DNA of 55,743 bases. Source: a virus. Its lineage: Duplodnaviria > Caudoviricetes. The position numbers were made by a program, and so were the translations under genes. The DNA lies in IMG/VR virus record IMGVR_UViG_3300044711_000113, positions 1 through 55,743 of that record. One strand, 5' to 3'. Positions 35,495-45,345 of the stretch are shown piece by piece (positions within the stretch are counted from its first letter, which is position 1; every line of letters starts with the position of its first letter). Below the pieces are notes generated by a model. That model did not search any database. It had not been told where the DNA came from and worked only from the letters and a program-made list of their open reading frames with translations.

Positions 35495-35860
35495 ATGCCA
35501 GCAGAAAAGATCCACGACCCCGGACTGCCCGGGGACACCGACCACCCGCACGTGCGCATTTCATGGGCAAGGGACTATGGCGACATCCAGGTCGCCACCC
35601 TGTTCGACTCGAAGCACGGCGCCGACGTGATCATCACCATCGTCAACGACTGGCTCAAGGCCGCAGGCCTCGACCAGATCCCCGGCCGCGAAGAGCTGCA
35701 GAAGCTCATCGACGAGAAGGCGAACCCCGACGATCTGGTGCGGCAGTTCGGCATCGGCTTCGACGGATTCCATGTGACCCTGACCGACCGGCGCAACGTC
35801 AACCGCGCGATCAAGGTTCTCAAGAATGCCCGTGATGACTCGATGGGCCGCGACGAGTAA
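35495..35860 (+). CDS. Conserved actinophage hypothetical protein
   Basis: 'MPAEKI...VRISW...IQVAT...GFHVTLTDRRNVNRAIKVLKNARDDSMGRDE'. Confidence 0.6.
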   Translation: MPAEKIHDPGLPGDTDHPHVRISWARDYGDIQVATLFDSKHGADVIITIVNDWLKAAGLDQIPGREELQKLIDEKANPDDLVRQFGIGFDGFHVTLTDRRNVNRAIKVLKNARDDSMGRDE

Positions 35861-36063
35861 CGTGATCGTCGGCCGCGGGTGTCCGGCACCATCGCGCGCC
35901 GGGTGAGCTCGAGCTCAGAAATCCCCCGGGCGCCCACGGCCACACCAAGATCAACCCCGACTACCCAAATATAGATGAGTAAAGTCGCCCTACGGGTTTT
36001 CCCGGTCGAGCCAAAACGCAACGCCCTAGGCTTGCTGGAGCTGGAATGGAATTTGGGGCAAAC

Positions 36064-36101
36064 GAGAGGCCCGCCTGTACTCGACCGCAGGCGGGCCTCT
36101 C
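36064..36101. terminator. Hairpin terminator between convergent blocks
   Basis: GAGAGGCCCGCCTG...CAGGCGGGCCTCTC. Confidence 0.7.
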
Positions 36102-36112
36102 ACTGTGCACGA

Positions 36113-36487
36113 TCAGTCGACGTATAACGCCATACCGATGACGTCCACGACCGCCGCTCGGGGCAGGTAGTCGCCGTCCGGGATGCCCATGTGCTCGGCA
36201 CCACCGAAATGTATCGGCTCAAGATCCTCGATCGCCTTCATGGCCTTCTCAAGATCGTCGACCCGGCTCTCAGCCGACGTCGTAACCATCTCGCGCGCGT
36301 ACGCGAGACAGGCGACCGGCACCGCAAACACGGCCCGCTGGGCGCCGTCGACCTCCTTGTCGTCGACGTAGAGCACCATCACGACCTCGGGGCCTTCGTT
36401 GTGGTACCCGATACCGTCGGCCTCGATCTCATGCCGACGGTGGGTGATCGGCTCGGCCAGCGACAGAACGACCTCGTACTTTCGCAC
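36113..36487 (-). CDS. Hypothetical protein
   Basis: RBS AAGGAG; 124 aa. Confidence 0.6.
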   Translation of the reverse strand: MRKYEVVLSLAEPITHRRHEIEADGIGYHNEGPEVVMVLYVDDKEVDGAQRAVFAVPVACLAYAREMVTTSAESRVDDLEKAMKAIEDLEPIHFGGAEHMGIPDGDYLPRAAVVDVIGMALYVD

Positions 36488-36511
36488 AGCTGTTCTCCTT
36501 TTCCTCCCCGC

Positions 36512-37084
36512 TCACTCGGCGGGAAGCTTCTCCTCTTTCGGCTTGCCGGGGCACACCGGCTCGTGCTCGGCCACCCATGCGGTACCCCGCTCGAGGTGCT
36601 GCTCCACGGGCGCCTGGATCGTCTCAGCGAAGCCGCACACCTGGCAGCGCATAAACACCATGGGCGCGACCTCCCCGGCCGGCTGGGTGAACGCAGGCTG
36701 GGCCGCGCCGGGTGTCGCATCGTTGGGCACGAGCAGGAGCGCCCGCATCTTCAGCTCTTCCTCGGTCACACCGCGGATCGCCGCCGCCCGCCGCGACAGC
36801 CGGCCAGACATCTCCCGGAGCAGACGCACCTGCCCGTCGATGATCGCCGCCGCCGTTTCGTCGCCGTTGGCGTTGAGCACCTCGAAGGTCTTCTCGAGCA
36901 TCGTGCCGTGTTCCCACAGGAACCGGGATTGGGCGTCGAGCTCTTCGCCGATCGCCTCGTCGCGCAGGCGGGTGATGTGCCCCGAATAGGTGCGCATCAC
37001 GTCCACCTGGTCGGCGCCCTTCGCACCCATCGCCTTGCCGATCAAGTCAATCAGGGCGGCATGTTCCATGTCGTTGCCGGCCAT
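36512..37084 (-). CDS. Hypothetical protein with C-terminal Zn ribbon
   Basis: RBS GGAGG; CQVC...H...C. Confidence 0.55.
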   Translation of the reverse strand: MAGNDMEHAALIDLIGKAMGAKGADQVDVMRTYSGHITRLRDEAIGEELDAQSRFLWEHGTMLEKTFEVLNANGDETAAAIIDGQVRLLREMSGRLSRRAAAIRGVTEEELKMRALLLVPNDATPGAAQPAFTQPAGEVAPMVFMRCQVCGFAETIQAPVEQHLERGTAWVAEHEPVCPGKPKEEKLPAE

Positions 37085-37206
37085 CAGAAACCTCCCATGA
37101 TCCCGACGACGAACGAGAACCCGATCGTGGCCACGCCGAGCGCGATCAGCACGCCGAGGCCGAGCAGCTTGGCGAGCCCGACTAGCCATTTGAGAACGGT
37201 GCCCAT
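37084..37206 (-). CDS. Small membrane protein
   Basis: 40 aa, hydrophobic, coupled both sides. Confidence 0.5.
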   Translation of the reverse strand: MGTVLKWLVGLAKLLGLGVLIALGVATIGFSFVVGIMGGF

Positions 37207-37691
37207 TAGCCGGCTGCCCTTCCGTGTAGGTGCTCGCGCCCCGCGTTGTAGATGATCTTCTCGCGGACGGCTGCCTCGATGTCGATGTCCCACGCCGCGC
37301 AGGCGTCGAGCACGCGGATGATGATGTCCGCCAACTCGGAAGGGACACCTTCAGGTTTACGGCGGTAGCCCAGCTCGAGCCACATGTCGTCGGTCATGGG
37401 AGTGCGCCGCTCGTGGCCGGCGAAGGTCTCGACCAGCACATGTGGGCCGCCTGGCCGCGACTCGATCGTGTGCGAACCGTGCCGCAGCCTGTCGCCAAAG
37501 TTCGGCCCGGACACCCACGATCCGCGGGCCTCGTTCAGCGGCCGGCCGTCGCGGACCTCCTCGAGCGCCTCGGCTGCCTCGGACACGATGAGCATGAGCA
37601 CCTCGGCCGGATTCCTGTCCGCCTGCTGCCAATAGCCCTTCGACTTCGATATGCCGTGGATCTCCTGCGCAAGCTGGTTCAAATACGTCAT
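37206..37691 (-). CDS. MazG-like nucleotide pyrophosphohydrolase
   Basis: 'LMLIVSEAAEALEEVR...GVPSELADIIIRVLD...EKIIYN'. Confidence 0.8.
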   Translation of the reverse strand: MTYLNQLAQEIHGISKSKGYWQQADRNPAEVLMLIVSEAAEALEEVRDGRPLNEARGSWVSGPNFGDRLRHGSHTIESRPGGPHVLVETFAGHERRTPMTDDMWLELGYRRKPEGVPSELADIIIRVLDACAAWDIDIEAAVREKIIYNAGREHLHGRAAG

Positions 37692-38104
37692 CGGTCGTAC
37701 CTCATTTCCATGTCGGGCGCCCACAGGTGACGGGTGCACTCGTCGAGCCACAGCGCGCCGCACACGCACCGCGGGTCCGGGTAGTCCATCGGTTCGGTAC
37801 CGGCCCACAGCGGCCCCGGCCCGTACGGTTTGCCGGTTGCTGGGTTGAGCACCGACGCGTCGTCGAAGTAGTGCTCGGACTCGATCCCGTCGCGCCACCC
37901 GTTCCTGTAGGCCCGGAACGTGCCGGACTCAACACCGGTCGAGGCGGCCGAGAAGATCAGCAGCGCTGTCACCACGGCGAGCGCGAGCCGGTCGTGCCGC
38001 ATGTAGGCGACACCGACCCCGATCGCCGCCACGACGGTCGCGGCCGTCCACCATCCGCAGGCGCGTGAAGCCCGGCGCAGTGTCTCCGCGCGCCGGGCAT
38101 CCAT
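37688..38104 (-). CDS. Membrane protein
   Basis: Two hydrophobic segments; ATGA coupling. Confidence 0.5.
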   Translation of the reverse strand: MDARRAETLRRASRACGWWTAATVVAAIGVGVAYMRHDRLALAVVTALLIFSAASTGVESGTFRAYRNGWRDGIESEHYFDDASVLNPATGKPYGPGPLWAGTEPMDYPDPRCVCGALWLDECTRHLWAPDMEMRYDR

Positions 38105-38234
38105 CGCCTTGTTCCCGCTCACGAGATGCGCCCTTGCAGCCACAGCACGTCAACGACGATCGTCGCGATGTACCACGGCCATGCGAACTCGGGGCCGATC
38201 TGGTGAACGTCGCAGAACGCCGCAATCAGGGTGA

Positions 38235-38669
38235 TCATGATTGTGGCTCCTTCGGGTCGAGATCGATCCGGTAGCGAGGGTCGCGGTCGATGACCCCAAC
38301 CACGCGCCCTATGCCCGGAACATCCTGATCGACATATTCGACGTACCTGTCCTGGACCTGTTTACGGACACGGGCGTCGAGCTGCGCCCACAACGCGTCA
38401 AGCTTGCCGGCCGCGTCTTTCGCCTCGGTCGCGTCGAGCGACGCGGTCTGGTCGTCGCGGTCGATCCAGCTGTGCTGGGCCGCGTAGCGTTGCCCGTCGA
38501 CGACCGTTACCGCGGTCAGGGTGACGTGCCATTTGCCGCCGCCGTGCGGTTCACGGCCGCGGGTGACACCCGGGCAGAAAGGCCCGTACTCCTTGTCTTC
38601 CATGCCTTTGGGCCATGCCCACTGTTCATCCCGTTCGTGCTCGATGACGAGCTGAGCCGGTTCAGACAT
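38235..38669 (-). CDS. Hypothetical protein
   Basis: RBS GGAGGG; 144 aa. Confidence 0.55.
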   Translation of the reverse strand: MSEPAQLVIEHERDEQWAWPKGMEDKEYGPFCPGVTRGREPHGGGKWHVTLTAVTVVDGQRYAAQHSWIDRDDQTASLDATEAKDAAGKLDALWAQLDARVRKQVQDRYVEYVDQDVPGIGRVVGVIDRDPRYRIDLDPKEPQS

Positions 38670-38976
38670 CGGTCTTCCCTCCTGCCGGATGCTTGCCGAG
38701 CCATTCGAGGCCCGGGTGCGGATGCTGGCCGCGGCACGCGAGGAGCTCCTCGGGTAGATCCATCATCGCGGCGAGGCGGCGCAGCCCGGCCGATTCGGCG
38801 AGCTGCCGCTCGGCGTCGAGCATCCACGCCGGCCGGTTCTCGCCCAGCGCGAGCGTCATCTTGACGAGCCGGTCGATGTGGGTGCGGGACAGGTCGAAGA
38901 TCCGGCCGCCCATCGCCCACGCGTGTTTGAGCTCGGTCGGGCCGGGCCAGCAGGCGATGCTCACAGGTTCAGTCAC
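38662..38976 (-). CDS. Hypothetical protein
   Basis: Overlapping coupled ORF. Confidence 0.5.
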   Translation of the reverse strand: MTEPVSIACWPGPTELKHAWAMGGRIFDLSRTHIDRLVKMTLALGENRPAWMLDAERQLAESAGLRRLAAMMDLPEELLACRGQHPHPGLEWLGKHPAGGKTDV

Positions 38977-39532
38977 GGCCGATCACCCCAACCTCTTCGC
39001 CGTCCAGCTGACCCCACATGCCGGGGTGCGGGTGACGTTCCGCGCACGCCTTCGGCAGGTAGTCCATGCGCCCGATGGGCGCCCGCTCGTTGCCGGCCTC
39101 GGCGCGCCGTTTGGCGCAGTCGGCCGGGTGGGTGCGCATCCAGTCGCGCAGGTTCGCGATGTCCACGGTGTCGCTGTTGGGGCAGCGTGTCCGGAATTCG
39201 CGCATGACAAGCCGCCACACCCGCTCGGGCATGAGCGGGTCGGTCGAGCGGATGTACTCGACGTGGATGCAGTGGTGCTCGTCGTAGAGCACGAGCGTCC
39301 AGCCGGTACCCTCGCCGGCCTTACGCTCGGGACGGGGCAGCACCATCACCGACCAGCCTGCGACGCAGGCGGCGTGGGCGTTGGTCCACAACACGGCCGG
39401 CTGATGCTGCTCGGGTGGCCGGCTGTCGTTCTTGGACCGCCTGCCTGCCATGAAATCGGCCTGCGGCCGGCCCTGCGGCGTGCCGTCGCGGGGCTTAGGC
39501 GGTCTCGGATGCGGGTGGTGAGTGTCAGCCAT
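38969..39532 (-). CDS. Hypothetical protein
   Basis: ATG after GAGGAG; first gene of the leftward block. Confidence 0.55.
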   Translation of the reverse strand: MADTHHPHPRPPKPRDGTPQGRPQADFMAGRRSKNDSRPPEQHQPAVLWTNAHAACVAGWSVMVLPRPERKAGEGTGWTLVLYDEHHCIHVEYIRSTDPLMPERVWRLVMREFRTRCPNSDTVDIANLRDWMRTHPADCAKRRAEAGNERAPIGRMDYLPKACAERHPHPGMWGQLDGEEVGVIGRD

Positions 39533-39555
39533 GGGAGGCTCCTCAATTCGGGGTC

Positions 39556-39580
39556 GGGTGTATTGCCAAACGATACACCT
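39556..39580. promoter_or_regulatory. Palindromic operator overlapping leftward -10 (TATCGT)
   Basis: GGGTGT-ATTGCCAAACGAT-ACACCT, between the leftward block and the terminase. Confidence 0.65.
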
Positions 39581-39585
39581 GGGCT

Positions 39586-41184
39586 GTGATCGCGTTGTGC
39601 GACCATGGTGTCGTGACCACGACACTGCCGGCACCATATGCGCTCGCGCAGCTGCCGCTCGCCGAGAGGTCACCGAAAGAGAAGCTGGCCTCGCTGCCGC
39701 CGGATGTGCGCCGGGCGTGGCTGATCGCGCAGGACCCGGTGGTTATCGAGTCGATCGGCCGCGGCGACTGGTGGTTTGAGCGGCGCGCCAAACAGACCGA
39801 ACCGGCCGGCCAGTGGCTGGTGTGGGTTGTCGGGTCCGGGCGCGGCTGGGGCAAGAACCGGGTGGGCGCTGAAACCCTGATCGAGTGGGTGGAGAGATAT
39901 CCGCGCGATCGGGCAGGGAACCGAACCGAGTGGATGGTCGTCGCCGAAACGTTGAAAGATGTCGTCGACCTGAACATTGAAGGCCCGTCGGGCATCCTCA
40001 ACGTGCTGCGCCGGCTCGGCTACCGCAAGATTTACCGGCCGCCGCGCGACGATGCTAAACCCGGGCGCGTGTTCTTCTACACGAAAGCCCCGAAACCGAC
40101 AATCACCCTGTATCCGAGTCAGCAGGTTATCCACTTCGACAGCGCCGACAACTCCGACGTCGGCCGCGGATACAACCTGTCCGGGCTGTGGTGCGACGAG
40201 CTGGCCAAGTGGGGTGCGATGGCCCACGACGCCTGGTATGAGGGCCTGCTGCCCGCCCTGCGCGCCGACATCGGCGGATGGTCGCCGCGGTGCATCGTCA
40301 CCACCACCCCGAAACCGATCGGCCTGCTCAAAGAGTGGTACACGCGCGCCCGCGCAGGCGACCCCATGTACCACCTGACCATCGGCTCCACGTACGAGAA
40401 CGCCGCGAACCTGAACCCGATCACGCTGCGCGAGTTGATCCGCGAGCTCGAGGGCACCCGCAAAGGGCTGCAGGAGCTGCACGGCCACCTACTCGACGAG
40501 GTGGAGGGCGCCCTGTGGACTCGGCAACTACTCGAGGACACCCGCCACCTGGTCCACAAGCTGGGTCCGCTGCCGCCGCTGGTCGAGATCGCGCTCGGCT
40601 GCGACCCCGCCGGCACCGGCACAGGCGACGAACAGGGCCTAATCGTCATCGGGGCCAGCGCAACCTACGAGCAGTTCGTCCTCGAAGACCTGTCACGCAA
40701 GATCGCCGGGCTGCCCGCGGCGCGGCTCGCGTGGAAGGCCGTCCTCGACGCGCGCCGTCACTGCGTCGACCCACGCCGGATGCCCAAGCTGATCGTCGAA
40801 GAGGACTACGGGAAGAAGTGGCTCAAAGACACACTTCAGGTCGTGTTCGAGTCGATGCAGGCCGAAGGCTTGTTTGACCGGTACGACCGGCCGCCGATCG
40901 AGTTCGTCAAAGCGGCCGAGCAGGGCGGCAAGCTGCTGCGCGCCGAGCCCATCGCGATGCGGTACGAGGTGCGCCGCATCCACCACGCCGGCATCTTCCC
41001 CGGCCTCGAGGACCAACAGTGCACGTGGGACCCGAAAGACCCCAAGGCCAAATCACCCGACCGCGTCGACGGGCTCGTCCACGGCGCCACCTACCTCAAA
41101 GGCCGCGAGAACCGAACCTCGTCCGTGTCGGACCGGCTCGACCACGCGTCGCTGCCCACCACACGCTTGACGCCTTTAGGCTGA
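39586..41184 (+). CDS. terL: Terminase large subunit
   Basis: Walker A 'SGRGWGKN', Walker B 'LWCDELAKW', 'VTTTPK', nuclease 'GCDPA' and 'SPDRVDG'; exact start uncertain. Confidence 0.9.
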   Translation: MIALCDHGVVTTTLPAPYALAQLPLAERSPKEKLASLPPDVRRAWLIAQDPVVIESIGRGDWWFERRAKQTEPAGQWLVWVVGSGRGWGKNRVGAETLIEWVERYPRDRAGNRTEWMVVAETLKDVVDLNIEGPSGILNVLRRLGYRKIYRPPRDDAKPGRVFFYTKAPKPTITLYPSQQVIHFDSADNSDVGRGYNLSGLWCDELAKWGAMAHDAWYEGLLPALRADIGGWSPRCIVTTTPKPIGLLKEWYTRARAGDPMYHLTIGSTYENAANLNPITLRELIRELEGTRKGLQELHGHLLDEVEGALWTRQLLEDTRHLVHKLGPLPPLVEIALGCDPAGTGTGDEQGLIVIGASATYEQFVLEDLSRKIAGLPAARLAWKAVLDARRHCVDPRRMPKLIVEEDYGKKWLKDTLQVVFESMQAEGLFDRYDRPPIEFVKAAEQGGKLLRAEPIAMRYEVRRIHHAGIFPGLEDQQCTWDPKDPKAKSPDRVDGLVHGATYLKGRENRTSSVSDRLDHASLPTTRLTPLG

Positions 41185-41189
41185 CCGCC

Positions 41190-41525
41190 ATGACGACGAG
41201 CACGATTCGCGATTCGCGATTCGCGACCCACCACCACACCGGCCACCAGGTCGGCGGCACCTGGCAGCCGGCGAAGCCGCTGCGTTTCCGCGGGTGGCTC
41301 GGCTGGTGGCATCAATGGCGCCGCGAGGCGCAATGCGCGCGTACCCTCGGCCACTGCTGGCACCTCGAGCACGGCCATTGGATCGACTGGTATTGCTGCG
41401 CCTGCGGCGGTGAAGTCGACGGCTGCCCGCCGAAGGAATGCCGGGCCTGCGACGCCATACACAAGGTGCTGCCGCCCCGCCCCGCGATCACCCCGGGCGC
41501 CTGGCTGGCAGGCGAACGGCAATGA
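41190..41525 (+). CDS. Cys/His/Trp-rich hypothetical protein
   Basis: C..GHCWH...CCAC...CP..CRAC. Confidence 0.5.
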   Translation: MTTSTIRDSRFATHHHTGHQVGGTWQPAKPLRFRGWLGWWHQWRREAQCARTLGHCWHLEHGHWIDWYCCACGGEVDGCPPKECRACDAIHKVLPPRPAITPGAWLAGERQ

Positions 41526-41752
41526 CCAAACAGTGTGATCACAAGGTGTGCAACCGCAACAACCACCATTCGAAGCCGTGGCATTGCTTCATGAGCCCGG
41601 CACCGAAACCGCGCGACTACACCACGTACTACTGCCGGTGCGGCACCCACACGCAGGGAGGACGCGCCGGGCTCATGGCACATCAGGAGACCGTCGGCTG
41701 CCAGGACGAGCCGATGCTGCCGCTCGACCGGCCGGTAGTGACACGCCGCTGA
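41522..41752 (+). CDS. Small Cys/His-rich hypothetical protein
   Basis: ATGA coupling. Confidence 0.45.
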   Translation: MTKQCDHKVCNRNNHHSKPWHCFMSPAPKPRDYTTYYCRCGTHTQGGRAGLMAHQETVGCQDEPMLPLDRPVVTRR

Positions 41753-41779
41753 GAAACATCGACATGTAGGCTCCGACGC

Positions 41780-42076
41780 ATGGACGCAAACGAATTAGCG
41801 AACCGGTTCAGGTTCCACCCGGCCACCACCGACGAGACCCGTTCACGCCACGAGCAGGTGCGCGGCAATGTCGGCAACCTGGCCCAGGTGCTCAACGATC
41901 TGTTGCCGGAAGGCCGCGAGAAGTCGCTCGTGATGACCCACCTCGAAGAGGCCATGTTCTGGGCCAATGCGGCGATCGCCCGCACGAGCGGAGTGGCGGG
42001 CAGCTCGATCCCGGGCACCAGCGGCCCCACGGGCGCCCCCGACGCGTTCAAGGCGACCGAGACACACAGCGCCTAG
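41780..42076 (+). CDS. Acb2/Tad1-hairpin-like protein (candidate nucleotide-signal sponge)
   Basis: 'RFRFHP...HEQVR...LPEGREKSLVMTHLEEAMFWANAAIAR'. Confidence 0.6.
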   Translation: MDANELANRFRFHPATTDETRSRHEQVRGNVGNLAQVLNDLLPEGREKSLVMTHLEEAMFWANAAIARTSGVAGSSIPGTSGPTGAPDAFKATETHSA

Positions 42077-42185
42077 GCTGCTTTTCTCCCGGTGCTGGGA
42101 GGAGCGCGGCCTGCTCTTGACCCTCCAAGGTGGGCAGTGCCGCGCTTCTCCCTTTTGCGTTTGGTCATCCCCTACAGTTATTGCC

Positions 42186-42557
42186 ATGTCGGAGCTGATC
42201 ACCCTAGGCCTGTATGCGCTGGCTACAGCGCGGCTCGTGCGCCTGGTCATGGAAGATCGGATAACGGGCGGAATCCGGGCGTGGATCATTCGTCGGGCAA
42301 CGAACCATTCGACGAAGCGCATGATGGTCGCCTACCTGATTAGCTGCGGCTGGTGCACCTCGATTTGGGTCGCGGCCCCGTGCGCCGCCGCATACGTGCT
42401 GGTGCCGCACCATCCGGCCGCGTTGATTCCCGCCGCGTTGCTCACGTTCTCATGGCTCGCGGTCATGGCCGCCGACCTGCAGCGCCTCGTCAATGGCAAG
42501 GCGACCCTCTACAACCAGCCCATGCCGTTACACGATGACCAGGAGGCGCACCGCTGA
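42186..42557 (+). CDS. DUF1360-like membrane protein
   Basis: 'LATARLVRLVMEDRIT...LISCGWCTSIWV'; directly before the portal; -10 TACAGT 7 nt upstream of ATG. Confidence 0.7.
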   Translation: MSELITLGLYALATARLVRLVMEDRITGGIRAWIIRRATNHSTKRMMVAYLISCGWCTSIWVAAPCAAAYVLVPHHPAALIPAALLTFSWLAVMAADLQRLVNGKATLYNQPMPLHDDQEAHR

Positions 42558-44509
42558 TGGCGCTCACGTTGCGGAAGAAGACCGCAGCCGTAACCCCGGC
42601 CGTCATGCCGAAACAGCGGCCACGTAACCAGACCGCCGCCGCCGCATCCATGACGTTGGAGGGGGTCGGCTGGAAAGATTTCAAGTTCGGGTCTTCGGCG
42701 TGGCAGCTCGAGACGATGCGCCACTACGACCGGTGCCCCGAGCTGCGGGCGGTAGCCAACGCGATCGCGTCGATGGGGTCACGCTGCGAACTGTTCATCA
42801 CCAAGAAGGAGAACGGCGAGCCGGGTAAAAAGGTCACCGAAGCGAAGATCGCCGAGCTGTCCGACCAGATCTTCGGCGGCGCCGAGGAACGCCCAGAGCT
42901 GATCCGCCTCGCGATGCTCAACCTGTACGCGCCGGGCGAATACTTCCAATTCGTCGAAACCGGGCAGGGCGAAACCGTCGACCGGTGGATGATCCTGTCG
43001 GTGGCGCAGATCAAGCAGGCGCCAGGCGAGCCGGCGCTCGAGTTCGAACGGCCCCACAAGTACGGCGGCGGCAAGGTCAAATATTGGATTCCGCAGGGCA
43101 AAGACAAGGCCGTCGACGCCGCACGGGCCAAGCAGAACACGGGCCTACTCGGCCGGTGTTGGACACCGCACCCGCAGAAACCCGATCACGCCGACTCGTC
43201 GGTGCGTTCCGCGCTGACCCTGTTGAACCTGATCGAGCAGTACGACAAACGCTCGAGCGCGCAAAACGACTCCCGTCTCGCCGGGGCTGGGATCATCTTC
43301 CTACCCGACAGCCTGGACTTCCCCCGCGGCGACGACGAGCCGAGCAACCCCGGCGAGGCGCTCGAGGCGCGGCTCGCCGACGTCGCCGGCCGCACGCTGA
43401 AAGATCAGGGCAACGCCCGATCGTTGGTGCCTATCTTCGCGACCGTCCGCGGCGAAGACATCGACAAAATCAAGTGGCAGACGTTTGAGACGCCGCTCGA
43501 CCAGGAGACGAAAGACCGCCTCGACCAGTGCATCCGCCGGCTCGCGCTCGGCCTCGACGTCCCCCCCGAAATCCTGCTCGGTTTGGGCGGCATGAACCAT
43601 TGGGGTGCCTGGCAGGCCGAAGCCAGCACCCACACCGACTTTGTTGCGCCGCTGCTCGCCCGGGTATGCCACTGCCTGACCGAGACATGGCTGCAGCCGC
43701 TACTCGCAGCGATGGGCGTCGACCCGAACGAGTACATGGTGTGGTTCGACATGTCCCCGCTGGTCGTGCACGCCAACCGGCTCGCCGACGCCATCCAGCT
43801 GTGGGAGCTCGGCCTGCTCTCCGACGACGCGGTGCTCGAGGCGGCCAACTTCCCCAAGACCGCCGCCCACACCCCGGAATCGTTCCAAAAGTGGCTGATC
43901 ACGAAGGCGATCCTGTCTAACCCGCAAATGCTCACCGATCCGGCCGTCACGAAGGCGCTTGGGCTCACCTTCACCGCGACCGCGCCCGCGGCCCCGGGCG
44001 CGCCCGCGCTGCCCCCGGGCGAGACACAGCCGGCATTGGAGGCGGCACCGGCCGGCGGCGCCCCGCAGGAACCGCCGACCACAGCCGGGCAGCTGGCCCT
44101 GCTCGCCGCGGTCGAGGTCGCCGCCCTGCACTCGCTCGCGATCGCCGGTAAGAAGATGCTCACCCGCGGCGTACGCGACGACCTGATGACGGCGTTCGCC
44201 GGCCGCACGTTCGACCTGCACACCCGCCTGCAGGTCGAGGACGAGCAGCACGCCCTGCGCCTGCTCGACGGCACATTCGACCTGCTGCCGCAACTGGCGG
44301 CACGCACCGGCACCGACCCGGGCATCCTCGGCGACATCCTGCGTTTCTACTGCTCGGGGCAGATGGTGACCGGCGCCCCGCACGATGCGGGCACGCTCGC
44401 GTTCCTGCTCTCCGAAGGCGTCCTAGCAGCCGGTCATCGGCTGTGCACCCTCGAGCGGTGCGTCAACCAGCAACACCCGCAGCCGTGCCGTATCCCGGTG
44501 CCCGCATGA
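42557..44509 (+). CDS. Portal protein
   Basis: 'WQLETMRHYD..PELR', 'WTPHP', 'DSRLAGAGIIFLP', 'IRRLALGLDVPPEILLG...NHWGAW'. Confidence 0.9.
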   Translation: MALTLRKKTAAVTPAVMPKQRPRNQTAAAASMTLEGVGWKDFKFGSSAWQLETMRHYDRCPELRAVANAIASMGSRCELFITKKENGEPGKKVTEAKIAELSDQIFGGAEERPELIRLAMLNLYAPGEYFQFVETGQGETVDRWMILSVAQIKQAPGEPALEFERPHKYGGGKVKYWIPQGKDKAVDAARAKQNTGLLGRCWTPHPQKPDHADSSVRSALTLLNLIEQYDKRSSAQNDSRLAGAGIIFLPDSLDFPRGDDEPSNPGEALEARLADVAGRTLKDQGNARSLVPIFATVRGEDIDKIKWQTFETPLDQETKDRLDQCIRRLALGLDVPPEILLGLGGMNHWGAWQAEASTHTDFVAPLLARVCHCLTETWLQPLLAAMGVDPNEYMVWFDMSPLVVHANRLADAIQLWELGLLSDDAVLEAANFPKTAAHTPESFQKWLITKAILSNPQMLTDPAVTKALGLTFTATAPAAPGAPALPPGETQPALEAAPAGGAPQEPPTTAGQLALLAAVEVAALHSLAIAGKKMLTRGVRDDLMTAFAGRTFDLHTRLQVEDEQHALRLLDGTFDLLPQLAARTGTDPGILGDILRFYCSGQMVTGAPHDAGTLAFLLSEGVLAAGHRLCTLERCVNQQHPQPCRIPVPA

Positions 44510-45342
44510 GCAGCCCCACGCCGCCGCCGTTGCCGCCCGGCCAGAACGGCTCACCCCCGTCGGCGCCCACCGAGCAGGAAATCGGCGCGGCCCGGTTCGC
44601 TTTCCTCGCCGCTGTCGTCGCACCATGGTTGGCCGCGGTCGCCGGGCCGATGTTCCCCGCCCCGGCGATCGTCGACCCGCTCGGCGTCCTCGCCGCCGCC
44701 GGCCTGTGGAAGCAAGCCGTCACCCGCTGGATTGAGACGCAGGTGCTGCCGCAGCTCCGCAAACCGTTGACTGTCCTTTTTGGACAGAAGGAGGGCGAGG
44801 TGCTGTTTGACCAGTTGCCCTTCGCGGTGCAATACGCTGACACGCTGCAAAACTTCCTCGTCCAGGTACCCGACGAGCTGTTTCGGAAGATCCGCGCGCA
44901 GGTCCAGACCGCAGCCGACCAAGGCACACCGATACCTGATCTTGCGGCGCAGATCAAAGGAACCCTGCTCGACGGCGGCTCACCCTACTGGACCAACCGC
45001 GGTGAGACGATCGCCCGCACCGAGCTACGCGCGGCCACGCAAGGCGGCTTGGTCAACGCCTACACGGAGCTCGGCGACCGCCGCGACCTGGAGTTCATCA
45101 AGCAGTGGCTCGACTCCCACGACACACGGGTACGCCCGGCACACGTCGACACCGACGGGCAACGCCGCAAAATATTCGAACCCTATTCGGTCGGGCTCGA
45201 CGGCGGCCCGAAGTTCCCGGCCATGTTCCCCGGTGACCCGATCCTGCCGCCCGCGTTGCGGATCAACTGCCGCTGCGATCAGCTTATCGAAGAGGTCGGC
45301 GAGCGGATGACGCTGCCAACCAACCGCGGATATCGGGGGTGA
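44506..45342 (+). CDS. MuF-like head morphogenesis protein
   Basis: 'IARTE', 'KQWLDSHDTRVRPAH...DGQ', 'FPGDP...RINCRC'. Confidence 0.85.
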   Translation: MSSPTPPPLPPGQNGSPPSAPTEQEIGAARFAFLAAVVAPWLAAVAGPMFPAPAIVDPLGVLAAAGLWKQAVTRWIETQVLPQLRKPLTVLFGQKEGEVLFDQLPFAVQYADTLQNFLVQVPDELFRKIRAQVQTAADQGTPIPDLAAQIKGTLLDGGSPYWTNRGETIARTELRAATQGGLVNAYTELGDRRDLEFIKQWLDSHDTRVRPAHVDTDGQRRKIFEPYSVGLDGGPKFPAMFPGDPILPPALRINCRCDQLIEEVGERMTLPTNRGYRG

Positions 45343-45345
45343 GGC

